Positions 42,948 through 54,252 are shown, counted from the first letter of the stretch. The stretch is DNA of 64,000 nucleotides from Methanothermococcus sp. Ax23 (GCF_049075655.1 NZ_CP157522.1:992001-1056000), one strand, 5' to 3'. The notes: generated by a model not told the origin, from the letters alone. Program-made: numbers and translations.

Positions 42948-44264
42948 TTATTTGCCATCTATTGACACCAATAGGTTTGCAATATCATTTATTATAGTTA
43001 AAGCACCGTTGTATCCAATCATTGCCTTTTTAGTGTGCCCATATCTGTCAATTACAGGGAATCCCACTCTTAATAATGGAATATCCAAGGCATCAGCCAC
43101 ATACTTGCCCCTATAATCCCCTATCAATAAATCAACAGGATGGGATTTTAAAAAATTCTGGAAGTTGTATAAATCCCCCTCAATTACTGCTATGTTTCTA
43201 TTGTTATGTTTTGTAATGTTATTTATTTTTTTCGTAAAGTATTTAGTTTTAGTGTTTGAAAGCACAGCCACAACATTCATTCCCATTTCATGGGCAAAAT
43301 CCACAAGACCTATGACTTTATCGGGGTCCCCAAATATGGCAACCTTTTTGTTTTTAATAATATGATTTGTATCTACCATGGCATCTAATGCATATCCCCT
43401 ATCATCCCACAATTCATCAGGTATTTCCTTGTTTGATATTTTTGATAGGGTTTTTATAAAGTTATCAGTATTTTCTATACCTATTGGGAATTTTAAATTA
43501 TATGATTCCACATCAAACTTCTTCAAATATTCAGCTCCACCTACACCTTCCATTCCAAATGATATTGTAGCTTTTGAATTTATGGAGCTTTTAATATTTT
43601 CCACTGTTGTATCGCATCTTGGGTATTCCTCCTTTGGTAGTCGCAAAGGCCTATCCATTGCCTTTATATCCATCAATAAGTTATATTCAATATTTAATGT
43701 TTTAAATATATGTTCGAGCTCCCGCACATCTCCCGGATTTACAACTCCGTGAATTATATTTATTACTTCCTTTTTGGTAGTTTTGTTTCTTCTACTACTG
43801 TTCTTTTCTAAAATGCCTTCTATAATGCCTTTTACTGCATTGTTGTATCCATCGATATGAGTTCCAATATACGAAGGAGTATTTACTGCGACAATGTTTT
43901 TATTGGTGTAATTTTTTTTAATCACAGTTTTTATATCTTCCCCAATGGTTTCACTAAGTCCCGTAGTTAATACCACCATTAATTCTGGATTTTTGGCTAT
44001 TTCAATGTTTTCAATCGCCTTAATTAAATTATCAATTCCTCCATGTATTGCATCGGATTCATAGAATCCTGTCGTGGCTATTTCAAGGGGCTCTTTAAAA
44101 TGCTCCACAAGGATGTGTTTTACATAATTTGCACATCCCAATGAACCATGCACAAGTGGAATGGTTTTATATATTCCAAGGGATGCAAATACTCCACCCA
44201 TGAGCTGATTCATATATGGGGGATTTATTGTAATAGATTCTTTTAAATCTGCATTTGATTGCAT
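42948..44264 (-). CDS. nifN: Nitrogenase cofactor scaffold NifN
   Basis: INPP, PLVHGSLGCANY, TTGLSETIGED, VGFPVIDR; follows nifE. Confidence 0.88.
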   Translation of the reverse strand: MQSNADLKESITINPPYMNQLMGGVFASLGIYKTIPLVHGSLGCANYVKHILVEHFKEPLEIATTGFYESDAIHGGIDNLIKAIENIEIAKNPELMVVLTTGLSETIGEDIKTVIKKNYTNKNIVAVNTPSYIGTHIDGYNNAVKGIIEGILEKNSSRRNKTTKKEVINIIHGVVNPGDVRELEHIFKTLNIEYNLLMDIKAMDRPLRLPKEEYPRCDTTVENIKSSINSKATISFGMEGVGGAEYLKKFDVESYNLKFPIGIENTDNFIKTLSKISNKEIPDELWDDRGYALDAMVDTNHIIKNKKVAIFGDPDKVIGLVDFAHEMGMNVVAVLSNTKTKYFTKKINNITKHNNRNIAVIEGDLYNFQNFLKSHPVDLLIGDYRGKYVADALDIPLLRVGFPVIDRYGHTKKAMIGYNGALTIINDIANLLVSIDGK

Positions 44265-44329
44265 AGCTGATTTGCTAATTATATTGTTAGCTGCATCGGT
44301 TGTTTTTATGATAGTTCCACCTCATTTAT

Positions 44330-44633
44330 CTAATGTCGGCGGGAAGTTTGATAAATTCCTTCGGAATTTATAAATGTCTTCGCTATCGCTCAGACATCCC
44401 CTTCCGTAAGGAGGGGATGAGGCCGACGAAAAATATAAATATTATGACATAATAAAATAAACGCATAAATGGGCGAAAACCAAGTCCATTCTATGCTATT
44501 TTCATGCACCTGCGGAAGGCGGGGGTGAGCCTGTGGAGAAGTGAGCCCCTACCTAGGTAGTTAATAACTACCGATGATGGCAAGCTCGTTCAGTGAAGCA
44601 GGAAGCCCCTTCCGTAAGGAAGGGTTACTTCAC
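44330..44633 (+). mobile_element. Non-autonomous IS200/IS605-family element (family B, copy 1) between nifE and nifN
   Basis: Starts CTAATGTCGGCGGGAAG after TTTAT; hairpin CCCTTCCGTAAGGA at both ends; right end GCCTGTGGAG..GAAGCAGGAAGCCCC..TTCAC typical of tnpB right ends. Confidence 0.88.
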
Positions 44634-45979
44634 CTTATTAGTCCCCATATTTTCGAATTTATAGCACCATAAACATCTTCTGCAAAGTTAATAAATCCAT
44701 CAAATCCAACATAAACAGTATCAGGAGCTCTACCATTTATGTATGGAATACCCATTTTATGAACCAATTCCTTAGTTTTACTATCGGATATAAACACATC
44801 TGGCTTACATTCCATCAGTGCCTTTTCCAATTCATAGGTATTTGGATTATCTATTATTATAGCACCTTTTGGAAGTTTTTTTACAATTTCTTCATAGTTT
44901 TCCTTATTTGCAAAGTATGTGGCAACACCCACCACTTCCATTCCGAGCTCATCCATTATTGGACCCATATAGTTGAGAGCTCTCTGAGCTCCGTGGCATA
45001 TAAATACCTTTTTGCCCTTTAATTCCTTTTTGTAAAAATTCAATTTTTCCTCGTTCTTTTTTAGATAGAAGTCAATTGTTTCGTTTATTTTTTCTTTATC
45101 AACATTTAGTATTTTTCCAATAGTTTCCAAAGCTTCACAGCAGTTCTTTATGCCGAAGAAGTTTGAAACAATGTATGGAACTTCATATACATTTCTCATC
45201 ATTTTGGCAAATTGTATGGAGCTCTTCATGCAATGGACAATATTTAATTTTGCATTATCCATAATTCTTATTTTATCGATTGTGGCATTTCCTGTAAATG
45301 AACATAAAACTCTTATTCCCATTTTGTTCAGCATATCTTCTATTACATTGGAACTTTTTACGCTGAAATCTCCTATTATATTCACATCATAGGGAGTAGG
45401 ATTTTTTAATTCCTTCGTAGCTATCAATTCGAAGAGCTTTTTATTTGCTATCATATGTCCCTTATTTTGAGTTTTTCCTTTAAATCCTGCACATTCAAAG
45501 GCGAGAACTGGTATATTTAATTTTGATTTTTTCAGCTCTTCATTGGCCTTTTTTACCACGGCATTTATATCATCTCCAATCAATGCAGGAAGGCAGGTTT
45601 CATAAACAAATATGGCATCTGGTTTAAATTCAGTGGCAACTTTAATTATGGCATCGTATAATTTTTTTTCACCGCCAAATATTACATTTTCTTCCTTCAT
45701 ATCTGTTGTAAAGCAATATGAATATGTGGAAGGTCTGTAATCCCATGAGTAATATGCACAACCGACATGGGAGTGAATAATATGGACCACATTTTTAATA
45801 TGGCTGTTAATGATAATCCTTGAACCGTGGAATGTGCATGACCTCTCTGAAAAGTCCCCCGGCTGCGTAGGTTCTTCACATGCAGGCACTATATTGTCAT
45901 TGCACTTAACGATACAATGGCCTATCCTGTCCTTTCTTCCTCCAATTTGATTCAATATTTCTGTGTCCATATTATTCAC
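44630..45979 (-). CDS. nifE: Nitrogenase cofactor scaffold NifE
   Basis: ERSCTFHG, GCAYYSW, FGGEKKL, TC...LIGDD, VHC. Confidence 0.9.
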   Translation of the reverse strand: MNNMDTEILNQIGGRKDRIGHCIVKCNDNIVPACEEPTQPGDFSERSCTFHGSRIIINSHIKNVVHIIHSHVGCAYYSWDYRPSTYSYCFTTDMKEENVIFGGEKKLYDAIIKVATEFKPDAIFVYETCLPALIGDDINAVVKKANEELKKSKLNIPVLAFECAGFKGKTQNKGHMIANKKLFELIATKELKNPTPYDVNIIGDFSVKSSNVIEDMLNKMGIRVLCSFTGNATIDKIRIMDNAKLNIVHCMKSSIQFAKMMRNVYEVPYIVSNFFGIKNCCEALETIGKILNVDKEKINETIDFYLKKNEEKLNFYKKELKGKKVFICHGAQRALNYMGPIMDELGMEVVGVATYFANKENYEEIVKKLPKGAIIIDNPNTYELEKALMECKPDVFISDSKTKELVHKMGIPYINGRAPDTVYVGFDGFINFAEDVYGAINSKIWGLIR

Positions 45980-46069
45980 CAGTGTAATTTAATTACCTTT
46001 TAAATTTTATTGGTCCTATACTACTTCAAAAATACAAAAAATACAAAAATAAATAAAAAAATTAAATAA

Positions 46070-46252
46070 TTAGTTAATTTTCACAGCCTCAGCAGGGCAG
46101 AAATCTTCACACATCTTGCAGAATGTGCATTCTTCTTCATTCACTATAACTATTTTTCCATCTTCAATTCCAAATACATCAGTAGGACATGCGTCCTTGC
46201 ATCCGGCACAATCTGGTCCTTCGCATAAATCATAATCAATTATAATCCCCAT
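46070..46252 (-). CDS. 2[4Fe-4S] ferredoxin in nif operon
   Basis: CEGPDCAGCKDACP and CTFCKMCEDFCP; ATG at 46252 after GGTGA. Confidence 0.9.
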   Translation of the reverse strand: MGIIIDYDLCEGPDCAGCKDACPTDVFGIEDGKIVIVNEEECTFCKMCEDFCPAEAVKIN

Positions 46253-46266
46253 GCTTTCACCAAACA

Positions 46267-46590
46267 TTAAATCCAATCTATACCTTTTGAAGTGCATATT
46301 TCTTTTAATTCAGAAGAAACTTCCTTTAATGATTCAAAGCTTTTCTCTGCATCTTCTAGTGTAGGGAAGTCATGAGGTCTTCCAAAGTTTCCGCCAAATT
46401 CATTATCTTCATACTGTGCGACAATCACAGGGACTCCCTTAATCTTTGTTACCTGAACGAATAAATCACCATCTACTGGTTCTTTATCCTTCCCAATATT
46501 GAATGTAATGTATGTGAAGTCACTTTCGTCTTCTACTTTCTTTCCAATCTTATCATAATACCCAATTCTAACAATTTTTAATTCTGACAC
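46267..46590 (-). CDS. Hypothetical acidic protein between nifK and ferredoxin
   Basis: Co-oriented ORF; AAGGTGA RBS before GTG at 46590; no family recognised. Confidence 0.7.
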   Translation of the reverse strand: MSELKIVRIGYYDKIGKKVEDESDFTYITFNIGKDKEPVDGDLFVQVTKIKGVPVIVAQYEDNEFGGNFGRPHDFPTLEDAEKSFESLKEVSSELKEICTSKGIDWI

Positions 46591-46652
46591 ACTCTCACCT
46601 TTTACCCGTCCCAACTCCATCTATCAAAAATAAATAATAGGTGATATATTGA

Positions 46653-48065
46653 TTATTGCTGGAGTCTAGTATCAGGCATATTGTTTTCCAATATTGTATT
46701 TACTATATTATCAAAGAATCTTAAACTTCCCATATATCCCATTATTGGCCATCTCGAATATCCTATTCTGTCATATATTGGGAATCCTGTTCTTACAAGA
46801 CCTACTCCTAAATCCTTTGCTATTGGAACTCCTTTTGGATGTCCTATGAGTAAATCTACGCCTATTCTCTTTACGGCTTTTTCGAAATCCCAAAGGTCTG
46901 AGAATTGCACCTCTATGTTTATACCATACTCTTTTGCAATTTTCTCCATTTCCTTCTTGTAAATTCTTGAAGGGGTTTGTGTGTTGACTACCACAGGTTT
47001 CATACCGATTTCACAGCAGAATCTTGCAATGGCAACCACTTGGTCAGGGTCTCCAAATATACCGACCTTCTTATCCATGGTATAATGAACTGTATCGGCA
47101 ATGGCGTCTATTAATTTACCTCTTTCATCTAGGAGCTCATCAGGTATTTCCTTGCCCGTAAGTTTTGCAATGTTTATAAGGAAATCATCAGTATTTTTAA
47201 TTCCTATTGGCACACCATAGAAATCAGGTATTTTAAATTTCTTTCTTAATAGTAGAGCTCCTGCTCCACCTGCGGACTGGCAGAATGCGAATGTTGCCTT
47301 ACCATTTCCAGCATCTACAAATTCTTCAATTTTAGTTCCAGCAGTTGGGTAGTAAGGTATTTCTTCAAGTGGGTATCTTAAAGGTTTGTAAAGATTCTCA
47401 CTAATGTCAAACAATATTGAGAAATCTTCGCCTTCATCTAATCCCATAACTTTAAGCATCCTTTTTATTTCCAGTATATCTCCAGGGTTGGTTCCAAATC
47501 CTGGAATTATATTTATTTTCTTAGGTTCTACTTCTGGGTCTTTTTTAGCCAAATACATCATAAATGCCTTTGAAGCATTGTCATATCCTGTGGCATGGCT
47601 TCCTTGATATGCTGGACAGTGGATTGGGATTATAGGCAATTCTGCCTTTTCCTCTCCAAGTTCTTTTGCAATATTTTTCTTTGCCGCCCTGATGAATGCT
47701 TCAATGTCATCTCCAATGGTTTCTGATGAACAGGTTGTAATTACAGATATTATTTTTGGGTCATATCTTGCTACAAGATTTGTCAGTCCATCAACGAGGT
47801 TTTTCATACCACCATAAACAGCAGCGTGCTCGTGGAATGATGCTGATGCAATTGGCACCGGTTCCCTAAAATGCCTTGCAAACTGATACCTTGCATAAGT
47901 TGTGCAACCTTGACCCCCTTGGACAAATGGGATTGCTTCACAAACTCCTACTGTTGCCCACATTGCCCCAATTGGCTGACATATTTTGTTTGGATTTATT
48001 GTTCCCTTTCTGGTTTTTTTGAGGTATGTTATTTCACCACAATTACAAGTTTCGGTATCGCTCAT
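46653..48065 (-). CDS. nifK: Nitrogenase beta chain
   Basis: INPNKICQPIGA, GGQGCTTY, TTCSSETIGDD, GFPIYDR. Confidence 0.95.
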   Translation of the reverse strand: MSDTETCNCGEITYLKKTRKGTINPNKICQPIGAMWATVGVCEAIPFVQGGQGCTTYARYQFARHFREPVPIASASFHEHAAVYGGMKNLVDGLTNLVARYDPKIISVITTCSSETIGDDIEAFIRAAKKNIAKELGEEKAELPIIPIHCPAYQGSHATGYDNASKAFMMYLAKKDPEVEPKKINIIPGFGTNPGDILEIKRMLKVMGLDEGEDFSILFDISENLYKPLRYPLEEIPYYPTAGTKIEEFVDAGNGKATFAFCQSAGGAGALLLRKKFKIPDFYGVPIGIKNTDDFLINIAKLTGKEIPDELLDERGKLIDAIADTVHYTMDKKVGIFGDPDQVVAIARFCCEIGMKPVVVNTQTPSRIYKKEMEKIAKEYGINIEVQFSDLWDFEKAVKRIGVDLLIGHPKGVPIAKDLGVGLVRTGFPIYDRIGYSRWPIMGYMGSLRFFDNIVNTILENNMPDTRLQQ

Positions 48066-49492
48066 TGTTTCACCTTGTACTCTTCAAATTTAGCCTCTTT
48101 TTCCTGGATTGTATTCCAAATTGGGTGGCAAACAGCTTTATAAATGTCCCTTGCAAAATTCACAAATCCTCTAAATCCTGCATAAGGCCCTTCTTCATAA
48201 CTGTGTGAGTTTATGGTAGGAATTCCGAATTTTCTAAACAAATATCTTTCTTTCAATCCTATGAGCATGAAATCAGGTTTATATAACTCTGCTGCTTCTT
48301 CTAATTCTGGTTCATTTGGAGAATCTATTACAAGGACATCTTTTATGCCTGCCCTTTTAAGGTTTATATTTAATTTTTCATAGTCGTCATCATGTGAGAA
48401 TGTGCAACATGCCACTGCATAATCTATTCCCAGCTCTTTCATAGCCATAATCCAGTGCCAGGTTCTTGGACCCCCCACATAAACCATACATTTTTTACCT
48501 TCAAGTTTTGATTTATAGAAATCTAATTCTTCTTTTATTGCGGCTAATTCTTCTTCAACCACCTTATCTACTTTTTCCTTAGGTATTCCTAATCTCTCAG
48601 CTACATCGTATAGTGCTTCGGAAGTTTTTGTAATTCCAAAGAATGAAACTCTTGTAAATGGTATGTTGAATCCATCTTTAACCATGTGAGCGATATATTC
48701 AGCAGACCTCTGGCAATGAACGACATTCAATTTTACATCAGGTAATTTAAATAAATCTTCCATTGAAGCATTTCCTGTAAATGTTACGACATTCCTTACT
48801 CCAATTCTTTCGAATAAATCGTTAATTACTGCAACATCCCAATCCATGTTGTAGTCCCCAATTAATGCAACGTCATATGGGGTTTTTTCATCTTCTTTTA
48901 AACATTTTTCAGGGTATTCTTCTCTCTTCCTTTTCAACCATCTGTAAAACATGGTATTAAATACATGGTGCCCTTTTGACTGGGATACTCCTGCAAATCC
49001 TGGACAGTTTATTGGGAATATTGGCTTCTTCATATGTTCTTCAACTTTCCTAGCTACCGCATCTATGTTATCTCCAATAAGTGCCGTAGGACAGTTCGTA
49101 TATATTATCATACCATTGGCTTGTGGAAATTCTTCAATGGCTTCCAAACATGCTTTTTCTAATGTTTTTTCTCCACCATAAACAATATCTGACTCCTGTA
49201 AATCTGTTGTCCAACAGTATCTCCTATGGAGCTCATTATCAGATAAGTTTCTTCTTGTTCCCCACGTGTAGAATGCACAACCAACCGGTCCATGCACCAT
49301 GTGGATTACATCTTTAACAGGACCTCCTACCACACCACGAGCTCCTGCAAATGCACAACCTCTTTCAGTCATGTCTCCAGGAACTGTGTTTATATTACAT
49401 GCTGGGATTATCTTTTCTTCTGGGTCAAATACATAGGTATGTTTCATTCTTTCAGGGATTGGGTTATCACAATCCAGTAATACATAAGGCAT
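48062..49492 (-). CDS. nifD: Nitrogenase alpha chain
   Basis: ERGCAFAGA, HGPVGC, GVSQSKGHH, HCQRS, NSHSYE..PY. Confidence 0.96.
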   Translation of the reverse strand: MPYVLLDCDNPIPERMKHTYVFDPEEKIIPACNINTVPGDMTERGCAFAGARGVVGGPVKDVIHMVHGPVGCAFYTWGTRRNLSDNELHRRYCWTTDLQESDIVYGGEKTLEKACLEAIEEFPQANGMIIYTNCPTALIGDNIDAVARKVEEHMKKPIFPINCPGFAGVSQSKGHHVFNTMFYRWLKRKREEYPEKCLKEDEKTPYDVALIGDYNMDWDVAVINDLFERIGVRNVVTFTGNASMEDLFKLPDVKLNVVHCQRSAEYIAHMVKDGFNIPFTRVSFFGITKTSEALYDVAERLGIPKEKVDKVVEEELAAIKEELDFYKSKLEGKKCMVYVGGPRTWHWIMAMKELGIDYAVACCTFSHDDDYEKLNINLKRAGIKDVLVIDSPNEPELEEAAELYKPDFMLIGLKERYLFRKFGIPTINSHSYEEGPYAGFRGFVNFARDIYKAVCHPIWNTIQEKEAKFEEYKVKQ

Positions 49493-49658
49493 TATTTCAC
49501 CTATTCTATTGTAAAATTCCTATTGTAAAATTAATTCATAATTTTGAAATCGAAGTTAATTCCTTGAACTCCTAACTTACAAACCTCGAAGGTTTTGTCA
49601 TTTAAGAGATAAAGGAAATGAATGATAAATTGAAGGAATATGCAATTTAAATTGAATA

Positions 49659-50045
49659 TTAATTTCCAACTGCAATATCTCCCGTTTCTCCGGTTCTAAT
49701 TCTTACAGCTTCTTCTGTTGGAACAACAAATATTTTTCCATCTCCGTATTTTCCAGTTCTATTGACTTTCATGATTATCCCAACAACCAAGGGGACATCG
49801 GCATCTTCAACAACTACGGAAATTAGCCTTTTAGGAATGTATTTTAAACACAAACCCATCTCTTCTCCTTCTTTTATTACTCTGTCCATATCGACAACAT
49901 CTGGCATATTTATTGCAAAATATCCCTTCTGTTTCCCCCTACCGAAGCATTCAGCCATAGTCATGGCAGGAAATCCCACGCTGGAAAGAGCCTCGGTGGT
50001 TTTCCTTACAAAATTTGGTCTTACTATTGCTATTATTTCTTTCAC
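49659..50045 (-). CDS. nifI2: Nitrogen regulatory PII protein NifI2
   Basis: PII motifs with long T-loop, GRGKQKG, TGKYGDGKIF, RIRTGE; second PII after nifH. Confidence 0.93.
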   Translation of the reverse strand: MKEIIAIVRPNFVRKTTEALSSVGFPAMTMAECFGRGKQKGYFAINMPDVVDMDRVIKEGEEMGLCLKYIPKRLISVVVEDADVPLVVGIIMKVNRTGKYGDGKIFVVPTEEAVRIRTGETGDIAVGN

Positions 50046-50065
50046 AATTTCACCTAAATATATAA

Positions 50066-50386
50066 TTAAATTCCTTTTTCGCCGGTTCTAATGGTGTATG
50101 CTTCTTCCAATGGCTGGATGAATATTTTTCCATCCCCAAAGCTTCCCGTTAATGCAGAGGATTTGATGATTCCTACAACTTCATCCACCTCGTCATCACC
50201 TACGGCAAGTAACAAAAGGGTTTTAGGTAATTCATCATAGTATATTTCTCCAACCTGCAATCCTCCCTGTTTCCCCCTTCCTACTACGTTTAATTTTGTG
50301 AAAGCAGGATATCCGGCTTCTTCGAGAGCATCTACTACATCATCTACTTTTTCAGGCCTAACAATAGCTTTTAATAATTTCATCAT
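50066..50386 (-). CDS. nifI1: Nitrogen regulatory PII protein NifI1
   Basis: GRGKQGG, YDELPK, TGSFGDGKIF. Confidence 0.93.
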   Translation of the reverse strand: MMKLLKAIVRPEKVDDVVDALEEAGYPAFTKLNVVGRGKQGGLQVGEIYYDELPKTLLLLAVGDDEVDEVVGIIKSSALTGSFGDGKIFIQPLEEAYTIRTGEKGI

Positions 50387-50444
50387 TTCACCTTTTTAAA
50401 TAATATGAAAATTTAAATTATAGTTAAATTAAATTTAAAGTAAA

Positions 50445-51371
<927 letters not shown>

Positions 51372-51395
51372 TTAATTTATTATTTATTAAATTTA

Positions 51396-51442
51396 GGAAA
51401 TATAATTCCTATGTTATTGTATTCATAAGGAAGTATATTTCC
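51396..51442. promoter_or_regulatory. Tandem NrpR operators of nif promoter
   Basis: GGAA-ATATAA-TTCC (51396-51409) and GGAA-GTATAT-TTCC (51429-51442), 33 bp apart, matching the GGAA-N6-TTCC consensus. Confidence 0.88.
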
Positions 51443-51473
51443 TGTTTCACAATCATTCCTTATGGTTTTATAA

Positions 51474-51488
51474 TATATAAAGCTTTTT
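51474..51488 (-). promoter_or_regulatory. nif BRE/TATA box
   Basis: Minus strand AAAAAGC-TTTATATA about 30 bp upstream of the first operator. Confidence 0.7.
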
Positions 51489-51584
51489 ATTTCAAAAATT
51501 TAAATTAATAAATAAAATAGTTTTTAAATTAAAAGAGTATATAATATAAAATAAATAAAAATAGAAAATTTTTATGTGATAATT

Positions 51585-52370
51585 ATGGGAAAAAAAGACA
51601 AAAGATGGGTTTTACAGAGAAAAAAAGATTTTTATTATAAACTTGCAAAGAAAAACAAATACCGTTCCAGAGCATCCTACAAGCTTCTTCAATTAAATGA
51701 AAAATTCAATATCATAAAAGAGAATAATGTAGTGGTTGATTTAGGGTGTGCTCCAGGTGGATGGTTGCAAGCGGCAAGGGATATTGTAGGAGAAGATGGA
51801 TTTGTGGCAGGTGTGGATTTACAAGCTGTAAAGCCTTTGGAATATGAAAATGTAGTGGCAATTAAGGGAGATATGACAAAAAAGGAAACTATTGAAAAAC
51901 TGATGGAGCTCATCCCTTCAAAAGCTGATGCCGTAATTTGTGATGCATCCCCCAACATAAGTGGAGTTTGGGAGGTAGACCATACAAGGTCCATAGAACT
52001 AACTACAATAGCACTTATGACCGCTACAAAATTATTAAAAAAGGATGGAAATTTTGTTGTTAAGGTATTTCAAGGTAGTTTATTTAATGATTATGTGGCC
52101 CTCTTAAAAAATTACTTTAAAAAAGTTCAAACAACGAAGCCAAAGGCTTCAAGGGATGTAAGTGCAGAGGTTTATGTTGTTGGAAAGAAATTTTTAGGAA
52201 AACCTTTCGATAGAAATTTAAAATCTCCAATATTAAAATTAATTGATTTTAAAGCAATTGACGGAGAAGAAAAAGACGAAGAAAAAATTAAAATAATCGA
52301 AGGAGTTCAGGAAGACAAAGGTCTTATGATAAAAAGAATAAAGGAGCTCCGAAAGGAGCGAAACAAATAA
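51585..52370 (+). CDS. rlmE: 23S rRNA 2'-O-methyltransferase RlmE/FtsJ
   Basis: [37 protein letters not shown]. Confidence 0.93.
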   Translation: MGKKDKRWVLQRKKDFYYKLAKKNKYRSRASYKLLQLNEKFNIIKENNVVVDLGCAPGGWLQAARDIVGEDGFVAGVDLQAVKPLEYENVVAIKGDMTKKETIEKLMELIPSKADAVICDASPNISGVWEVDHTRSIELTTIALMTATKLLKKDGNFVVKVFQGSLFNDYVALLKNYFKKVQTTKPKASRDVSAEVYVVGKKFLGKPFDRNLKSPILKLIDFKAIDGEEKDEEKIKIIEGVQEDKGLMIKRIKELRKERNK

Positions 52371-52395
52371 ATATTAAAATTAATAAATTATTATA

Positions 52396-52956
52396 TTATT
52401 TCCAGAGCTCTAACTCCCTTCTTTTAATATCCTGCCTATGCCTTTCAAGATACTTATACATCTTGGCATGAGAAGAACCTCTTAAAATCATAGATACTGC
52501 TTCTTTTGCTATTTGGACAGGTTCATATTCTCCAAGTATGGCAATGGTTTTTCCATAAACTGATAGGTCTGTATCTGTTAAGTCCTCAATATATCGTCTT
52601 GATTTTCCGCCACTGCCTATTACTCTTCCTTTAAGTCTTCTAATGGCATTATCTGAATGTGCATAGTCGGTAATATCAATTATTTCAAGAATATAATCGT
52701 CTGAAACTAATTTTAAAGCTTTTTCTGGATTGAATCCTCTTCCAATTGCCCTTATAATATCTCTTGCCTTCCATGTTGCCAAAGGGTCTTTCTGCTCTTC
52801 TGTGGAAAATACTGTAATCTCGCCGTCTTCATCAATATCAATCTCTACACCTAATTCTTTCTCGATTTTATTTTTGGTCTCTCCTTTTTTTCCAACTAAA
52901 ACCCCAATTCTATCTTTTGGGATTTTTAAAACTTCTATATTTCCTTCCATATCCAT
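52396..52956 (-). CDS. KH-domain ribosome biogenesis factor Dim2/Pno1
   Basis: RIGVLVGKKG, AIGRGF, GRVIGSGG; adjacent to rio1. Confidence 0.9.
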   Translation of the reverse strand: MDMEGNIEVLKIPKDRIGVLVGKKGETKNKIEKELGVEIDIDEDGEITVFSTEEQKDPLATWKARDIIRAIGRGFNPEKALKLVSDDYILEIIDITDYAHSDNAIRRLKGRVIGSGGKSRRYIEDLTDTDLSVYGKTIAILGEYEPVQIAKEAVSMILRGSSHAKMYKYLERHRQDIKRRELELWK

Positions 52957-53057
52957 AATCTCACATTTTATAGTTTATTAAATATAACTAGTTAATGATA
53001 ATATAATAAAAATAAAATAATATAAAATAATAATAGAATTTATTAATTTTAATTTAT

Positions 53058-53933
53058 TTAATAATTATTTGCGAGCTCCTCATCTATTGGTTGGAGCTCC
53101 TCTCCTGTGATGTATTTATATAATTCTTTATAGTTGCATGCTATTCCTTTCCTTTTAAAGAAATTACATATATTCTTTATATCTCTAATTAAAAGGGATT
53201 TTGATAATGGATGCTGAACAACAACGCCCTGTGAAAAGTCAATATATACTGGTTCGTTATCTTTAACCAATATATTATATTCCGATAAATCACCATGAAC
53301 AAGCTGGGCATCATTATAAAGTGTTTTTAAATCCTCTCTTATTAATTCATAAAATTTGCTATAATCAACATCAACAGCATCCTTTAATCTTGGTGAAGGA
53401 GCTCCTTCATCATCACTTATGAGCTCCATAAGAAGTATGTTTTCCCTTCTTAATATTGCCTTAGGACTATTGACATAATTATTTGCCCGTTTTAAATTTC
53501 TATATTCTTTCTCAACCCATGCGTGTATGATTTGTCTTGTAGAGCTCTTCCTTAAATGGAATCTTGGGTCTCCTTGAATATATTTCCACATGGTTTTAAA
53601 ATCACAGGTGGAAACTCGATATACCTTTACAGCAAAATATTTGTTTTCCTTAATTGCTGAAAAAACTATTGATTCCTTTCCAGAGTTGATTATCCCAAGA
53701 AATTCATCAATATGCTTTCCATTCAATAATCCATGAAGTGTTAAAAGAGTTCTATTGTCGAACACTCCATCTTCTGTTTTTAAATCTTCTAAAAACCTTT
53801 TTTTTCTTTCCACTATTTTCTTTTGATATTCTCTATCGAGACGTTTTTCCTGTTTTAATTTTGACACTTCATCGTTATTATTATTTCCTTTATTATTGAT
53901 ATTTTTATTACCAATATTTTGCTGTTTATTCAT
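53058..53933 (-). CDS. rio1: RIO1 family kinase
   Basis: SGKES, AVKVY, LVHGDLSEYN, IDFSQ. Confidence 0.93.
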   Translation of the reverse strand: MNKQQNIGNKNINNKGNNNNDEVSKLKQEKRLDREYQKKIVERKKRFLEDLKTEDGVFDNRTLLTLHGLLNGKHIDEFLGIINSGKESIVFSAIKENKYFAVKVYRVSTCDFKTMWKYIQGDPRFHLRKSSTRQIIHAWVEKEYRNLKRANNYVNSPKAILRRENILLMELISDDEGAPSPRLKDAVDVDYSKFYELIREDLKTLYNDAQLVHGDLSEYNILVKDNEPVYIDFSQGVVVQHPLSKSLLIRDIKNICNFFKRKGIACNYKELYKYITGEELQPIDEELANNY

Positions 53934-53943
53934 TATATCACAA

Positions 53944-54252
53944 TTAATAGAGCTCTTTCAAATATCCTTTTTTAGCTAACCAGCTAACTTGTCCTTTTGT
54001 GTATCTCCATATTATATCGCATTTTTCATCGGATTGAACTTCCCATGGGACTACTATTACAACATCTCCTTCCCTTACCCATATTTTTCTTTTTAATTTT
54101 CCAGGGATTCTGCCCATTCTTGTTTTTCCATCCATACATCTTACTCTTACTCTACTTGCTCCTAACATCTGTTCAATTACTCCCAAAATTTCATTCTGGT
54201 CTTTTCTTGGAGTCCTAACTCTTGTAGGTTGTTCTTGACTCTGGTTTTGCAC
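53944..54252 (-). CDS. eif1a: Translation initiation factor aIF-1A
   Basis: [29 protein letters not shown]. Confidence 0.95.
   Translation of the reverse strand: MQNQSQEQPTRVRTPRKDQNEILGVIEQMLGASRVRVRCMDGKTRMGRIPGKLKRKIWVREGDVVIVVPWEVQSDEKCDIIWRYTKGQVSWLAKKGYLKELY

Noticed and set aside
46267-46620. Small nif gene as a VnfG/AnfG delta subunit
   Set aside because: Located after nifK rather than between D and K, and no resemblance recognised
49506-49598. Tandem CTATTGTAAAATT repeat and a single hairpin between nifI2 and nifD
   Set aside because: Possibly a degenerate hairpin module or processing site, but too weak to call
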